From the human T2T-CHM13v2.0 reference genome, Homo sapiens, in assembly GCF_009914755.1 (NCBI RefSeq), contig NC_060930.1: a stretch of DNA of 64,000 nucleotides; one strand, 5' to 3'. This document shows, piece by piece, positions 16,785-31,723 of this stretch. The position numbers and the translations under genes are program-made. The notes under the pieces were generated by a model. The model did no database searches. It had not been told where the DNA came from and was given only the letters and a program-made list of their open reading frames with translations. Position 1 is the stretch's first letter. Each line of letters starts with the position of its first letter.

Positions 16785-17070
16785 ATCAGGTGCTGTGGCT
16801 CATGCCTGTAATTTCAACACTTTGGGAGGCCAAGGAGGGAGGATTGCTTGAGCCCAGGAGTTTGAGATCAGCCTGGGCAGCATAGTGAGACCTCATCTCT
16901 ACAAAAAGTTAAAAAAAAAATTAGCCATGACTATAGTCCCAGCTACTCAGTAGGCTGAGGTGGGAGGACTGCTTGAGGCTGCAGTGAGCTATGATTGTGC
17001 CACTCACTGCACTCCAGCCTGGGCAACAGAGACCCTGTCAATGAATGAATGAGTGAATAAACGAATGAAT
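16785..17070 (+). mobile_element. AluJ-like with (atga)n tail
   Basis: Diverged Alu consensus. Confidence 0.8.
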
Positions 17071-19086
17071 GAGACAAGTCAGGAACATGAGCTTTCCTGT
17101 ATGCTTAGTGCCTAGTACAGTACTGGACACATACCAGATGCTTAAAAATTAACTATTAATTGTTTCATAACTAATCTGACAGCATAATTCCTTGCAGGTT
17201 GAATACCTGTCTGGGTCACTTGGACATGAAAAGATGGGCCCTAGAAGCTGATCTTAAAGTATCACGAGGCAAAGGGAGAGATCACTACTCTGCCTGAGAA
17301 CAGACAGCAAGGGTGAGGAGCCCGTGCAGATGGTGGAGAGCAGGGGAGATGAGAGGAGGGATGAATGGCTCAAGAAGAGGAGGAGATGGGCGCTCAGGGG
17401 AAAGCCCAATCAATGGACACTCTTGGGTGCTAGGGACAGTCAAGGGACTTAGGAACAAGGGCATCCAATAACAGGTTTTAACTTAACTATTTTGCTGTGT
17501 GACTGCCCTCCCTCTATTCTCAACAACCTTCAAACTTAGCCCCATTTTGCAGCTTGAGGGCGGAGTGCATCAGTGTTCCAGTCAGCAGGAAGCCATTCTC
17601 AGAGAAAAAGGAATTTGATTTGAGAGGCCCAATTCTCCTGGCAGAAATGTTGGGGTGTGAAATAAGGCTGCTCAAGTTAAAGGGATCAGAGGCATAGCTC
17701 CTGAGGGTTAATTACTGTTAAAGGAAAATTCTCAAAATAGTAAAGCTATGACTGTCACACAAATATAATATGAATATTTTTCAAAGACATTAGTTAAAGA
17801 GGGAACCAATAAGGTGTTCAACTGATTTAAAGAATCTGAAGACTACACATATACAGGCAATCATGAATGCCAAAAAGAAGTTGCTAGGAGATGCAAAACT
17901 GAAATGGGTTTGCTAATCAGTACTGAAATGAATCTACTAATAGATCGGTTAGTATCTACATGTACTAAAATGTCATGTTTGAAATCTTATTTTCTCTAGG
18001 GTGAAAGTCAATTACCCCTATATACCTAATTTTCTTTTGCATTTCTATGGACAAGAATCATTTGGTTACTATCAGTTTTCTGCAACTTATAGATGTTAAC
18101 CCTGAAGGATCCACTAACCAACCCAGCATTCCATTGAAAGGTACTTAGTAATCTTTTGCCCACCTCAAAGTCTTCCACAATGTTTCCTGACAGTCTTCAT
18201 CCACCAAATGGGGATGTGCCTACAAGTGAGGGTGTCCAGTGGATTACAGATCTCTCTAAGCTGCCTGGCACTCAGTGGGTGCTCAATCCGTGGGGGCTTT
18301 GATTATGATGAAGTCTCAGCAGGATGAGTGTTAACTTTGGGTGACATTCATGAATGTATATCATTCTAAGACAGTCACAAATTGGTAACAGATGTTTCCC
18401 CTAGTACAGGCCCTGTCATTTAGATGATGGCTTCATAACTTGAGGTCTACCTGCCGTCACTGTTATACACGATTGGGAACTGGTTCAGAGTTTCCTCTTG
18501 AAGGCAAGAAAAATGCAGCACGAACCCACTGTGTGATGCAGCTACTGACACAGTTCATGTAACGAAGCTCATTAATAGAAGGAGAGGCAATATCTGGATC
18601 ACAGTAGGTAATGAATGAGTCAGAAAACCAAAGCTTAAATATGGGGTTCAATTAGGGGTATTAGATGTTAAGAAGGGTATGGATTAATATGAGAAAATCC
18701 AGACAAGGCAGGATAGTGGCGGGCCTGAAAAATCAATTCATATGAGGAACATCTGACAAACTGTGGGGTGCTGAGTTCTGAGAACAGCATACCAATTGGT
18801 GATGTTCTTTCTTTCTTTCTTTCTTTTTTTCAAAGACTTCCAAAGCTTTTACACAGGATAAAAAGATGAGTTCAGTGTTTTTCCAAAGGGAAGACCCAAC
18901 ACCAATGCACAGAAGTAAGGGGAGGCGTAGCCTGCTTGCCCAACACAGTGATGAGTAATGTCATGGACATGATGTGAAGTAGTGAGCTTCTGCCCTTGGA
19001 AAAGTCAGACAGATGGCAGATGAGCCTTGGAAGGGGTGTTGTGGAAGGCACTCTTGTTTGGAGGAGAGGCTGGGAAGGATGCTGGG

Positions 19087-19450
19087 TGTATTAGTTCATT
19101 CTCACACTGCTACAAAGAACTGCCCGAAACTGGGTAATTTACAAAGGAAAGAGGTTTAATTGACTCATAGTTCCACATGGCTGGGGAGGCCTCAGGAAAC
19201 TTACTAGTATAATCACCGCAGAAGGCAAAGGGGAAGCAAGGCACCTTCTTCACAAGGTGGCAGGAGAAACAACCAAACACTTATAAAACCAGCAGATCTT
19301 GCGAGAACTCACTCACTATCATGAGAATAGCATGGGGGTGACTGCCTCCATGATTCAGTAACCTCCACCTGGTCTCTCCCTTGACACGTGGAGATTATGG
19401 GGATTACAATTCAAGATGAGATTTTTGGGTGGGGACAAAGGCAAACCATA
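19087..19450 (-). mobile_element. THE1/MST-type MaLR solo LTR
   Basis: Typical THE1/MST text: tgtattagttcattctcacactgct...ctgggtaatttacaaaggaaagaggtttaattgactca...gattacaattcaagatgaga. Confidence 0.85.
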
Positions 19451-20309
19451 CTGGACGAGGGTGAGTCCAATTCTAATGCAATATAATCAGGGAGTAAAAT
19501 CACTCTTACTTAAACCAGTGATGAGGGACTTCCAGATTTGTTTTTGTTTTGGTTCCAGTAGAGTACAAATCAGTGCCTCCTTACCTCACCCTCTTTCTCC
19601 ACTTCCTCTAACTGAAGTGGTTTGGATGCAGTTTATCTGCCTAAGCCAGGAAGTGCTTATTTGCCTAAGCCAGGAATCCACCCTGAGAGGGTGAATAAAA
19701 AGCCACTTGTCTCACCACCCAAGACTTCCTGAGCATAGGCAGCCACCAGCCACATGGCTGATTTCCATCGGCGGCTATCCCAGGAGCCCCGGGCAGGAGC
19801 CCCGGGCAGGAGCACCGCATGCTGGCCTCCCTCCCTCACAGGCTCGGTGTGCCCCAGCAGACCTAGCTGCCAGGTAAGCTGTCTACTTTCCGGCTCATGT
19901 GAAGGATAAGTTCATCCTATTGTTATTGTCCTCTTTAGACTCCTTTGTAGTTTCAAATTTTCTACCTGGATCTTGAGCTCAGAAAAAGAAATAGAACTTT
20001 AAAAAAGTAATCTGAGTCATTAAAACAAAGCATGAGCCTTCTTCCTTGAAGTGTCTTTGTCCTCTAGACAAGTCACAAACAGCAGCTAGAAGGAGGGTAG
20101 GCTCCAAGACAAATGATCGAGATTGCTGCTCACTCAGCAGAAAAGCACATTGAGATAATAAACCATTTTGGCATAATCAGTTTTATACAGTCTCCATTTT
20201 ATGCCTTCTGCTAGCGTACAGACATTTAGGGAGCATGAAGTGGCAGGACATTACAAAAGACCACTTCACTGAAATACTCGTTTTTGTTAGCAGTGACAAC
20301 ATGCGTTAC

Positions 20310-20467
20310 CTTCATGTCCACTGACGGGTCCCCCTGCAGCAGTGCCCACTCATACTGGACGATGGCGTGGTCATCTGTGCTCTCGCGGCCGTCTAGAACC
20401 ACCCCGTCTGTGGGCAGATGCAGAACCACATCCTGCCCAGCCTTGCTAAGTGGAGGCGCATCCTTTT
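20310..20467 (-). CDS. LRP11: LRP11 exon 2 (PKD domain, N-half), 158 nt
   Basis: Acceptor ttttctttctcag|, translation EKDAPPLSKAGQDVVLHLP...VVLDGRESTDDHAIVQYEW...DMK, donor AAG|GTAACG. 613+158=771 keeps the frame. Confidence 0.96.
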
Positions 20468-20814
20468 CTGAGAAAGAAAATAAATAATTCATAAAAGATG
20501 ATTTCTTATTTTTTCTAATTTATGGAGAGGTATCTTGTTTGCTGAATAGATATGATTCGGCAAATAACTGCTAAGAGAATCCATATTAAATGGAAATTAT
20601 TTTTCTATTTATTTTATGATCGTGGAATTTAGCTATAATATGCGCAGAAGAGGCTGTGTGGAGTGTTGGCTGGTAGCGATTTTGGGTACAAGGCAGCATA
20701 CGAGGTCCCACCAATGTGTAAATATGGAGAAGCAGTTTTATTTTCTAGAGTGGATTTTTCACTTAATTTTAAAATCACTTAAGTTCAAAATACTGTTAAA
20801 TAAATTTATTTTAA

Positions 20815-21741
<927 letters not shown>

Positions 21742-22335
21742 TAAATAATATAAGGTTAATTATGTTTATTTCAATATTAATACTTTACTGACAGCTGCTA
21801 CAGGGATGACCGAAAGGATAAGCTGTACAAAGAAAACATTTCTAAGAGCATAGTTACCAAAATTTTAATTGATGTAAGCTTCTTAGTAAATTCACCCAAA
21901 TGCACACATATTTTAAAGAAACAGCAACAGAACTGGAAAAACTCTACAGGTTTGTGTACCACGCCCTCTTTGGCATCCACTTCCCCATTCCTTCAGTGCC
22001 AAAGCTCTGGTTCGAGTGCTGGCTGGGCTTGCCCCTCTTTGGCTCACCCTGCACAGTGCTGCAAGGCACCGCCTCTCCTCCTGCTTTCGAGCCCATCACT
22101 TTCCTCCACAGGGGCCAATGTTGCTACCTACACAAACTTCTAAAGGGCCAAGCCACACATCCCAGTGCTTGAGTTTCGGGGCTTACTGCAATCCCACCTC
22201 AGTGTCTCATTACGGAACAAAAGGTGACCACTCTTGATACATTGCAGCTGAAATGACTCTTCTGGAAAGCTAATCTGACGGGGTCATTCTGCGAGTAGGA
22301 AAAACCCTTCAGCAAGTTACCATTGCCTTTCAGAT

Positions 22336-22917
22336 GTTTAGGACCTAACCCTCCAGGATTCTCTTCTCTTCTAGTGGTTCCCTCAATGCCCAGCACCAGG
22401 GTGTGGCAACAGGTTGTCATCAGCAACCAGAGCAGCCAGTTTCCACTAACCCTTTCCTGTAATTCTGATGAATGCATAAGTTAAACATTCAAGCTGGAGA
22501 AACTGGTGCCTGAGTACAAGGCCTGGAATGTGAAAACAAATACATTAAGACCTCGCCTGGACTTTCTCAGACCCTAACATCTGATCGAAGGCATTCTTAC
22601 ACATATACCTTGTATCAAGGCCACTTAAGATTAAAGAAAATTTTCCAAGGCTCTAGAGACTTTCCAGACCCCAGACCCTAAAGATTAGACTGAATGAAAC
22701 ACTCCTGCTTGTAGGTGCACACTCTCACACAGGCATAGAGGTTGAATTGAATGTAAATAAACACTGAAGAAAAACTTGTAACTTTGAGTTGGTCTGGTGA
22801 GTCACTCCCACCATCTTCCTGTCACCAGTTGCAGAAATAAACTCCCTTCTTTCCCAGTCTGTCTGCATCTCATTGGAAAGCGAGAAAAAGCAGCCGGACC
22901 TTGATCATCCAGGAACA
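22336..22917 (+). mobile_element. Probable ERV1-class solo LTR (subfamily and 5' end uncertain)
   Basis: AATAAA at ~22836 followed by U5-like sequence ending in CA. No clear TSD was found. Confidence 0.5.
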
Positions 22918-24387
22918 AGGGGATTTATGTGAGGGGTCTGGGGCTCTTAGAGATGCGGCTTTTCTGAATGAGAATGCTGCTGCCAGCCACAAAGGGAAGA
23001 TGCCTTTTTTTTTTTTTTAAAAAAAAAACACATTATGAGGAATTAAGCACAATTGCTTTTTACATGCTATTGCTAACTATGGAGAAGACGTGTCCCATTT
23101 TTCCAGTCACTTAAGAGTGAGGACTAGTAACTGTGATTTAAATAAGCCAAGTAAACAATCCCCTGCCTAGGAAGAAACTTGTTCTTCTGCCTTTTTCCAC
23201 CTCTGAACAAACACGGAGTGTCTGATGTCTTTATGCTGCTTCTGCCAGGTAAGGAGAGATAGGACACTTGCATTATTTTGATAGTCCTTTCATAGTGTTG
23301 ATCTTTTCTTTGGTTCTGAAAGGTTCATTGTTTCCACACAATGGTTTATGACTTTATAATTCTGGAAAGCATCTTATAACTCAGCAGTTATACATTACAG
23401 CTAGCAGCTATTTAAACTTTGTTAAAAATACATTTTTAAGTAGACAAATGAAAATATGTCTATGTGATATAAACAGTAATGGACACATAATTTTTTAAAA
23501 ACTCTCAAAGATTTAAGATGGAAGAATCAGATAAGCGCTGAAATATTCCACACATTATACAATTAATTAATCCTACCTCTCCTGGAAGAAAAAGATCATT
23601 TTAGTCACTTACTTTTATTTAGGTGAGCTTTAAGATGAATTATAAGCTTAGTGAAATCATCCTATCTTCTAAACTGATCACTGATGTGTCTGAAATAACA
23701 CAGATAATGTTTCCTTTTCAGTTCAAGTCCAGGCCATTTCCATTGTAAAATGTATTTTAAAATAACCCAGAGCTTATCTACCCAGAAACAGTCCTTAAAA
23801 TAAACAAATAACAACACGAAGAGGAAGGGAGTGTGCCATTTTAAAATGTGTGACTTGCTAATGAAGAACAAAATATATGTAATTTTGAATTTTTGTCAAA
23901 AAAATGTAATAAACCCATGTTAAGTACTAGGGAAACACTGGTTTCTTTTGAAAACTAAACACACTTAGTAAGACCTACAGAGGTGAAATAAGACTCCTGC
24001 CGATTGAGAATGAGCAAATCAAGGTGGCATTTTATTCAGAGAAGTGTAATATAATATCAACCAGCCTCATTCACAACACGCTACTGTGCACAGAGCCTCC
24101 ATGACAAGGAAGACATTCTGTGCTGTGTGGGAACGAATGGTATAGCTCAGGCAGAGCAACTGGAAAGAACCCTGAAGTCAGGGTACGGAAGCGGGGCGAG
24201 ACTAGGGGAAGAGGCTCAGATACATGCGGTCAAAATCCATCATGGATTTCCAACTGCAACACTTCGGAAAAAAAATTATCCGCAACCCCAATATGATTAT
24301 TGTGATTTTTGGTATGTACTGATCCAGTCCTTCTCCCTATGGTGCTGCTGATAATAATTATAATAGTTGCCATTTACTGAGGGATTT

Positions 24388-25182
24388 TGAAGCTGACTTT
24401 GCAAAAATTATAGCTGAGAAAATTATAACAGTGAAATAGATCTGACCTGACTCCATGTGGCTTCTAATCTCCAAGCTGTCCTTGTCCATTCCTGGGCATA
24501 GGCCGAACTAATTTTGGGAGGAACTTGGTTTACAGTCTGACTTTGAAACAGACGCGGCCGGGTGTGGTGATTCATGCTTGTAATCCCAGCACTTTGGGAG
24601 GCTGAGGTGGGCAGACTGCTTGAGCCCAGGAGTTCCAGACCAGCCTGGAACTGGTGAAACCCCATCTCTACTAAAAATACAGAAAGTAGCCTGATGTGTG
24701 GCACATGCCTATAGTCCCAGTTACTTGGGGGGCTGAGGAATTCAAAGCTACGGTGAGCCAAGACTGTGCCACTTCACTCCTGCCTGCATAACAAAGTGAG
24801 TCCCTGTGTCAAAAAAAAAAAAAAAAGTAAAAAGAAACAAAGATGGTAACAGCCCTTTCCCCAAATAAGCCCCTTTCTTGCCTGAGGACTGGACTGCCTT
24901 TGCAAAACTAACAAATAAGCCACAAGATTAGAAATTATGGCTTAGGCATCACTATTATAAAACCTAAGTTCAGTGCTTGAGATATTTTATAGACCCTGTC
25001 CTCGATGGTTGGCAGCACCCCGTTGGCAGTACCTAGGTTGATAAACTGGCTCATCTGGTCTTGTGTTTTATCCGCACAACCAGTTCCTTGTGAATTAAAC
25101 TCTTTCTCTATTGCAATTCCCCTGTCTTGATAAATCAGCTCTGTGTAGGCAGTGGGCAAGGAGAACCCATTGGGCGGTTACA
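24388..25182 (+). mobile_element. LTR8-family ERV1 solo LTR, containing an Alu (~24556-24830) and itself inserted into a MIR
   Basis: TGAA...GGGCGGTTACA termini, 4-bp TSD ATTT (24384-24387 and 25183-25186), LTR8-like ccaagctgtccttgtccattcctgggcatagg. Confidence 0.82.
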
Positions 25183-25347
25183 ATTTCCTTGTACCAGGTA
25201 CCAGGCCAGGTGAAGTTATAGAAAGAACTTAACTTTCACAACGAATCTCTGAGGTAGGTATTATCATCTGCATAATACTGATGCAGAAACTAGGCTCAGA
25301 GGGCTAAGTTACATCACACAGGCGATAAATTTGTCAGATCAGATACT

Positions 25348-25875
25348 TCTTTTTAATTATTTTTTTATTATTATACTTAAAAGTTCTAAGGTGCATGTGC
25401 ACAACGTGCAGGTTTGTTACATAGGTATACATGTGCCATGTTGGTTTGCTGCCCCCTTCAACTCGTCATTTACATTAGGTATTTGTCCTAATGCTATCCC
25501 TTCCCTTGACCCCCACCCCGACAGGCCCTGGTGTGTGATGTTCTCCTCCGTGTCCGTGTGTTCTCATTGTTCAACTCCCACTTATGAGTGAGAATATGCG
25601 GTGTTTGGTTTTCTGTCCTTGTGATAGTTTGCTGAGAATGGTTTCCAGCTTCACCCATGTCCCTGCAAAGGACATGAACTCATCCTTTTTTTATGGCTGC
25701 ACAGTAGTCCATGGAGTATATGTGCCACGTTTTCTTAATCCAGTCTATTATTAATGGACATCTGGGTTGGTTCCAAGTCTTTGCTATTGTGAATAGTGCC
25801 ACAATAAACATACATGTGCATGTGTCTTTATAGTAGCATGATTTATAATCCTTTGAATATATACCCAGGAATGCA
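25348..25875 (-). mobile_element. L1PA 3' fragment
   Basis: Primate L1 3'UTR (ttatacttaa...gtgcaggtttgttacatagg). Confidence 0.88.
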
Positions 25876-26147
25876 GCCCAGTTATTTCTAACTCAAAGGT
25901 TCTATCCTTCCACTATACTTCGAGACAACCCTAGGTGTATTCCAGTTACAATAAATATAATTTTACATCCTGAATTTAATCCATCAACTTATTGGTATAT
26001 TCCTGTTATTGATATTTCTTCATATATCTTAGCACTGCCCATGTGATAACCTAAGCTTCACAATTGCCACTTGAGTTTCCTAATCTGTACTACTGGACAT
26101 TTACTTTGTTACTTTTTCACCATTATAAATAATGCCATAATAAACAT

Positions 26148-26526
26148 GTTTTGCTCATACGTTCTCTTCAGCATAGATCATTTTCCTAAAAAATATTCCA
26201 GAAGTATGAATATTTTAATGGTTTCTGCCACATATTTTCCAATTACTTTCCAAGAGGGAAGTACCAATTTACACCATCAGTGAGCTAGAAGTGTATATAA
26301 AGTTTCCCATATGCATGTCAATATGAGTAAAACACTTTTTTGCTCATATGTTCTCTTCAGCATGGTTCCTTTTCCTAAAAAATATTCCAGAAGTATGAAA
26401 TGAATATTTTAATGGTCTCTGCCACATACTTCCCAACTGGTTTCCAAGAGGGAAGTAGCAATTTACACCATCGGTGAGCACAGAAGTGTATATGAAGTCT
26501 CCCATATGCATGCCAATATGAGTAAA
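26148..26526. repeat. Diverged ~189-bp direct tandem duplication inside old L1M-like sequence
   Basis: Both units run from tgctcata.gttctcttcagcat to catatgcatg.caatatgagtaaa (unit starts near 26152 and 26341). Confidence 0.9.
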
Positions 26527-26680
26527 CCTATTTTTACCAAGTTAATAAATGAAAATTGGCCTTATTTACATTTCTTTGATTCTAAGGTCGAACATTTTTC
26601 CATGTTTATCCACCATACCTCCTCTTCTGGGAAGTGTCTGCTCATGTCCTTTGCCCATTTATTTTTATTTTTCTTGCTGA

Positions 26681-26684
<4 letters not shown>

Positions 26685-26746
<62 letters not shown>

Positions 26747-27031
26747 TTTTTGACCGAGTCTTGCTCTGTCGCCCAGGCTGGAGTCCAGTGTTGCAATCTC
26801 AGCTTACTGTAACCTCCGACTCCAGGGTTTAAGCTATTCTCATGTCTCAGCCTCCCCAGTAGCTAGGACTACAGGCGTGTGTCAACAAACCAGGCTAATT
26901 TTTCTATTTTTAGTACAGATGGAGTTTCACCATGTTTGTCAGGCTGGTTTCTAACTCCTGGCCTCCAGCAATCCACCTGCGTTGGCCTCCCAAAGCGCTG
27001 GGATTACAGGTGTGAGCCACTGTGCCTGGCC
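26685..27031 (-). mobile_element. Alu with a (TA)n + poly-T compound tail
   Basis: About 22 TA units, a T run, then antisense Alu. Confidence 0.88.
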
Positions 27032-28769
27032 CATAAACTCTACGAATAAATAATGTCACATTTTTCCCAGACTCTTGTTTGCAATTCCTTTTGTTTCTTG
27101 ATATGAAGTTTTTTATAAATGTGCATATAATCTATCCCCTTTCTTTGTGACCTCTTTAATTGATTTGAAACCTGTCTTCCTTCCAGATATGGAAGTTTAC
27201 TTCCTTTAAGTTTTTTTATGTATGGAGTAATCTATGGCTTAATTTAAAAAAAATTTAATTCTTTAATCCATCTGGAATTTGTGTATGGTCAGAGTTGTAG
27301 GTCTAAATGTACTTTCCCTGACACTGCCAACCAGTTATCTTACTATTATTTATTAAATATAATTGTTTATAACACAAAAGGGAGAAGATAAGAATGTGAG
27401 AAAGTAAGGCCCTTGGAGAGGGAGAGTGGTCAAGCATCTGCAGAGGGATTAACCTTGAATGGGAAGGTCAACTCTTTTGTTTGCACTTGGCGGAGACAGG
27501 GAAAGGCTGGGGGTGGCAGCAGGTGGGTCTGCAGAGAGGAGAGCAGACCTCTGCCTAATAGCTTTGATTTTCCCTGACACACAAGGCAAGGGGCCCACTT
27601 CCCAAATTCTTCCCCGAGATACTGGACTTCAGGCTGAATATCCAGCAAAAACCACATAAAGGTTATCGTCCTTGAGTCCTTGGAGGTTATATTCCCTGCT
27701 CTTCTGGAATCCTAGCAGCTCTAGCTTCTACCTCTCCTCCCTCCCTCCCTCCCTCCTGCTGTTCTTCACTTTTTATCATGACATCCAGTCCCCCAACCCT
27801 CTAGTCATGGGCATGACCCAACCAGGTTCCTAGAACAGTATCATGTACATGCGTGCCACCTTCCTAACTCACAAAGCATGTCCCCCCTTGAACCTCACGA
27901 CAGCCTGGGATGGAGGACAAGCAGACACCAAGTCCTGGGGGCATGAGCAGGGACTTGTTTGTGGAGACGCCAGGCCCCAGAACTTCAAGCACCCTCCTCT
28001 GTTCTACAGATTCTAGCAGGCAGGCTCAGTCACTACAAGACACCTCTCTCCAGCATCTCTCACTCATTCCTGCATCCTCCCGCCTTCCCTACCTCTACCC
28101 TCGCAGTCCCAGCCTAGTGATCCCTTTCTCAGCTTCTGCTGGTGCTGCTGGAGAAAGCATAGGAGTTCAGGCTCCACAACCCCATGCTGTGTGACCCTTG
28201 GGCAGGTTACTTTCGCTTGCCAAGCCTTGTATACACTAGGGATTATAACAGAACCTAGGCCTTTGTGTTGTTGTGAGGACAGAGTGAGTTCATGCGTGCA
28301 AAGGGCTGAGGACAGCACCTAACACCAAAGTCAACAAATGTGGGCATGAAAACAGGGCTGGTGTGTCCTGCTGTAAGTTCGTGCTATCCCATCACCATTT
28401 CTTCATGGTGCTTTCATCCACCTCAGATGGATCCAGTCACAGCTCCTCTCCAAGGGCTCTTCTAAACCATTTTCACATGCTCACAACCCAAAAACGAACA
28501 ATTCAAGAAGGAAAAACTTAGTCTCTGAAGCATAAACAACTTCAACCTGTCAAGCATCTGAGCAGGGGACACACAGGACACTGGGGAACAATTTTTGACC
28601 TCCACGCAGAGAGAACAAATGAGCCTCTACAGGAACCTGAGCCGCACCTTCCGCGTTTCCATGTTGCTGGGACCTCAGGAAGTCTGAGCACAGCAGTGTT
28701 CTCCCAGAAATGAGGACCAGCACCGCGCTCGCCTATTTTCATCCCAAACATCTACAAAACAATTCCTAG

Positions 28770-30221
<1,452 letters not shown>

Positions 30222-30748
30222 TAAAGTTTCTTATTTTCAACGAAAATCAAGTCCCCTCTTTTCACTTTTTATAAAAGGGACCAGTAGTTTTCCTCCCATT
30301 TTTGTATGATGAAAGCCACCGCAGGCAAAGTCAGGAGAGCCACGTCAAGAAACAGGAGTGGGTGTTACGAGAAGCCCGGCATCTAATTAGATTTTGCTCT
30401 TGCAATTACTTAACACAAACCATGCCTTATACAACCCATGAGACTAAAACAAACTTTTTTCTCTCAGCATTTCTCCCCTTTTAAGTCATATTTCCACGAA
30501 TCCTCTCAGATCAGCCTTTCTCTTCAAGCCTAGAAAAATTCCAGTAGCACGTCACCGCGCCCGCCCGCCCGCTTCTGCCAAACTACTGGGCTTCCTCTTC
30601 CCTAAGACAGAGAAACCCATGCCAGAAACTCTTCTGGGTGCCCGCGGCTAAAATAACTTGGCACGAGTGTGTTTCGCTTCCAACTTGGCGAGGGCGCTGC
30701 GGGTCTCGAGCGCTCTGGCCAAGGCCGGCCCCTCAGTCGCGCGCTTAC

Positions 30749-31361
30749 CCTGCCGGGGCGAGGCGCGCGCGGTGGCCAGGGCGGCGCCGTCCGGCGCGCG
30801 GCTGAGGCTGTAGCTGCTGTAGCCGCTGTGCAGCGCGAACTTGCAGACGTTGCGGCCGCGCGCCGTGCAGTTGAAGAGGTAGCAGCCGAGCACGGCTGCC
30901 GGGGGCGCGGGGCGCCGGGGCAGCTCCACCACGGCCACGGAGCAGCGCGGCTCGGAGCAGCAGGCCGCCACGCATTGCCGCCAGCCCCGCACGGCCGCCG
31001 GCGCCCGCAGGAAGCTGGCACCCGCCGCCAGGGAGTCCTTGGTGCGGATGATGGCGTCAGGCATTGCGCTGTAGCCGCCGCTGCCCCGGCCCGGGCAGTC
31101 CTCCTGGGGGCCGCCGCCCGCGCGCAGCTCCAGCTCCAGCTCCTCCTGAGGCCGCTCCTGCTGCAGTTGCCGGCGGAACTCCTCCAGCAGCTGCTCCACG
31201 CCCGACAGCTGCGCGTGCAGTTCGGACAGCGGCGCCGCGGGCGGCAAGGCCGCACGGCCGCTTGGCAGCCACAGGCAGAGCAGTAGCAGCCCGCGCAGCG
31301 CCCCGTGACGCGGCGGTAGCCGGCGCTGCGAGCCCGCGCTCTCCTGGGCGACGGAGGCCAT
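30749..31361 (-). CDS. LRP11: LRP11 coding exon 1 (signal peptide + MANSC domain), 613 nt, ends phase 1
   Basis: ATG at 31361 (GTCGCCATGG, strong Kozak) gives MASVAQESAG...LRGLLLLCLWL, then a Cys-rich MANSC-type segment (CVAACCSEPRCSVAVV...CYLFNC...VCKF). Donor is CAGG|GTAAGC at 30749/30748. Confidence 0.96.
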
Positions 31362-31599
31362 GGCGACGAGAGCCAAGGGCAGCGAGCCGAGGCGGGGCTG
31401 AGCGCGGGAGGAAGGCGGGGACGCGGGCGAGCGCGGGCCCTGGGCCCCTCCTGCGCGGCCGCGGCTGGCTCTAGGCCCCGGCCTCACAGCGCGGCGCCCC
31501 CGAACCCGGCTGCTCCCCCGAGGTCGCGGGCGCCGGCGGGAACCGCAGTAGCGGGAGACATAGCCGGCCCAGCCGGGCACCGCTCCTTGCCCTCGCCGG

Positions 31600-31723
31600 A
31601 GACTGCCCAGCGCCCTGCGCCTCTCCGCCCCGGCCTGCGGCGCGCTGGGTGGCGACGAGTCGGCCTCGGCGTTGATCAGCACCAGGTGTGTGCGAACAGT
31701 GGCCGCGGCGGGGAGGAGCCTTG
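31600..31723 (+). ncRNA. Candidate first-exon end of an antisense lncRNA from the CpG island (I recall RAET1E-AS1 starting here); 5' boundary unknown
   Basis: Consensus + strand donor TTG|GTGAGT at 31723/31724 inside the island. The identity comes from recalled annotation only. Confidence 0.4.

Noticed and set aside
19636-19815. Short direct repeats (tgcctaagccaggaa x2; caggagccccggg x2.5), also atgttttgagtagctg x2 at ~8185-8237
   Set aside because: Two to three copy slippage duplications with no regular repeat-spacer architecture. Not CRISPR-like and no evident function.
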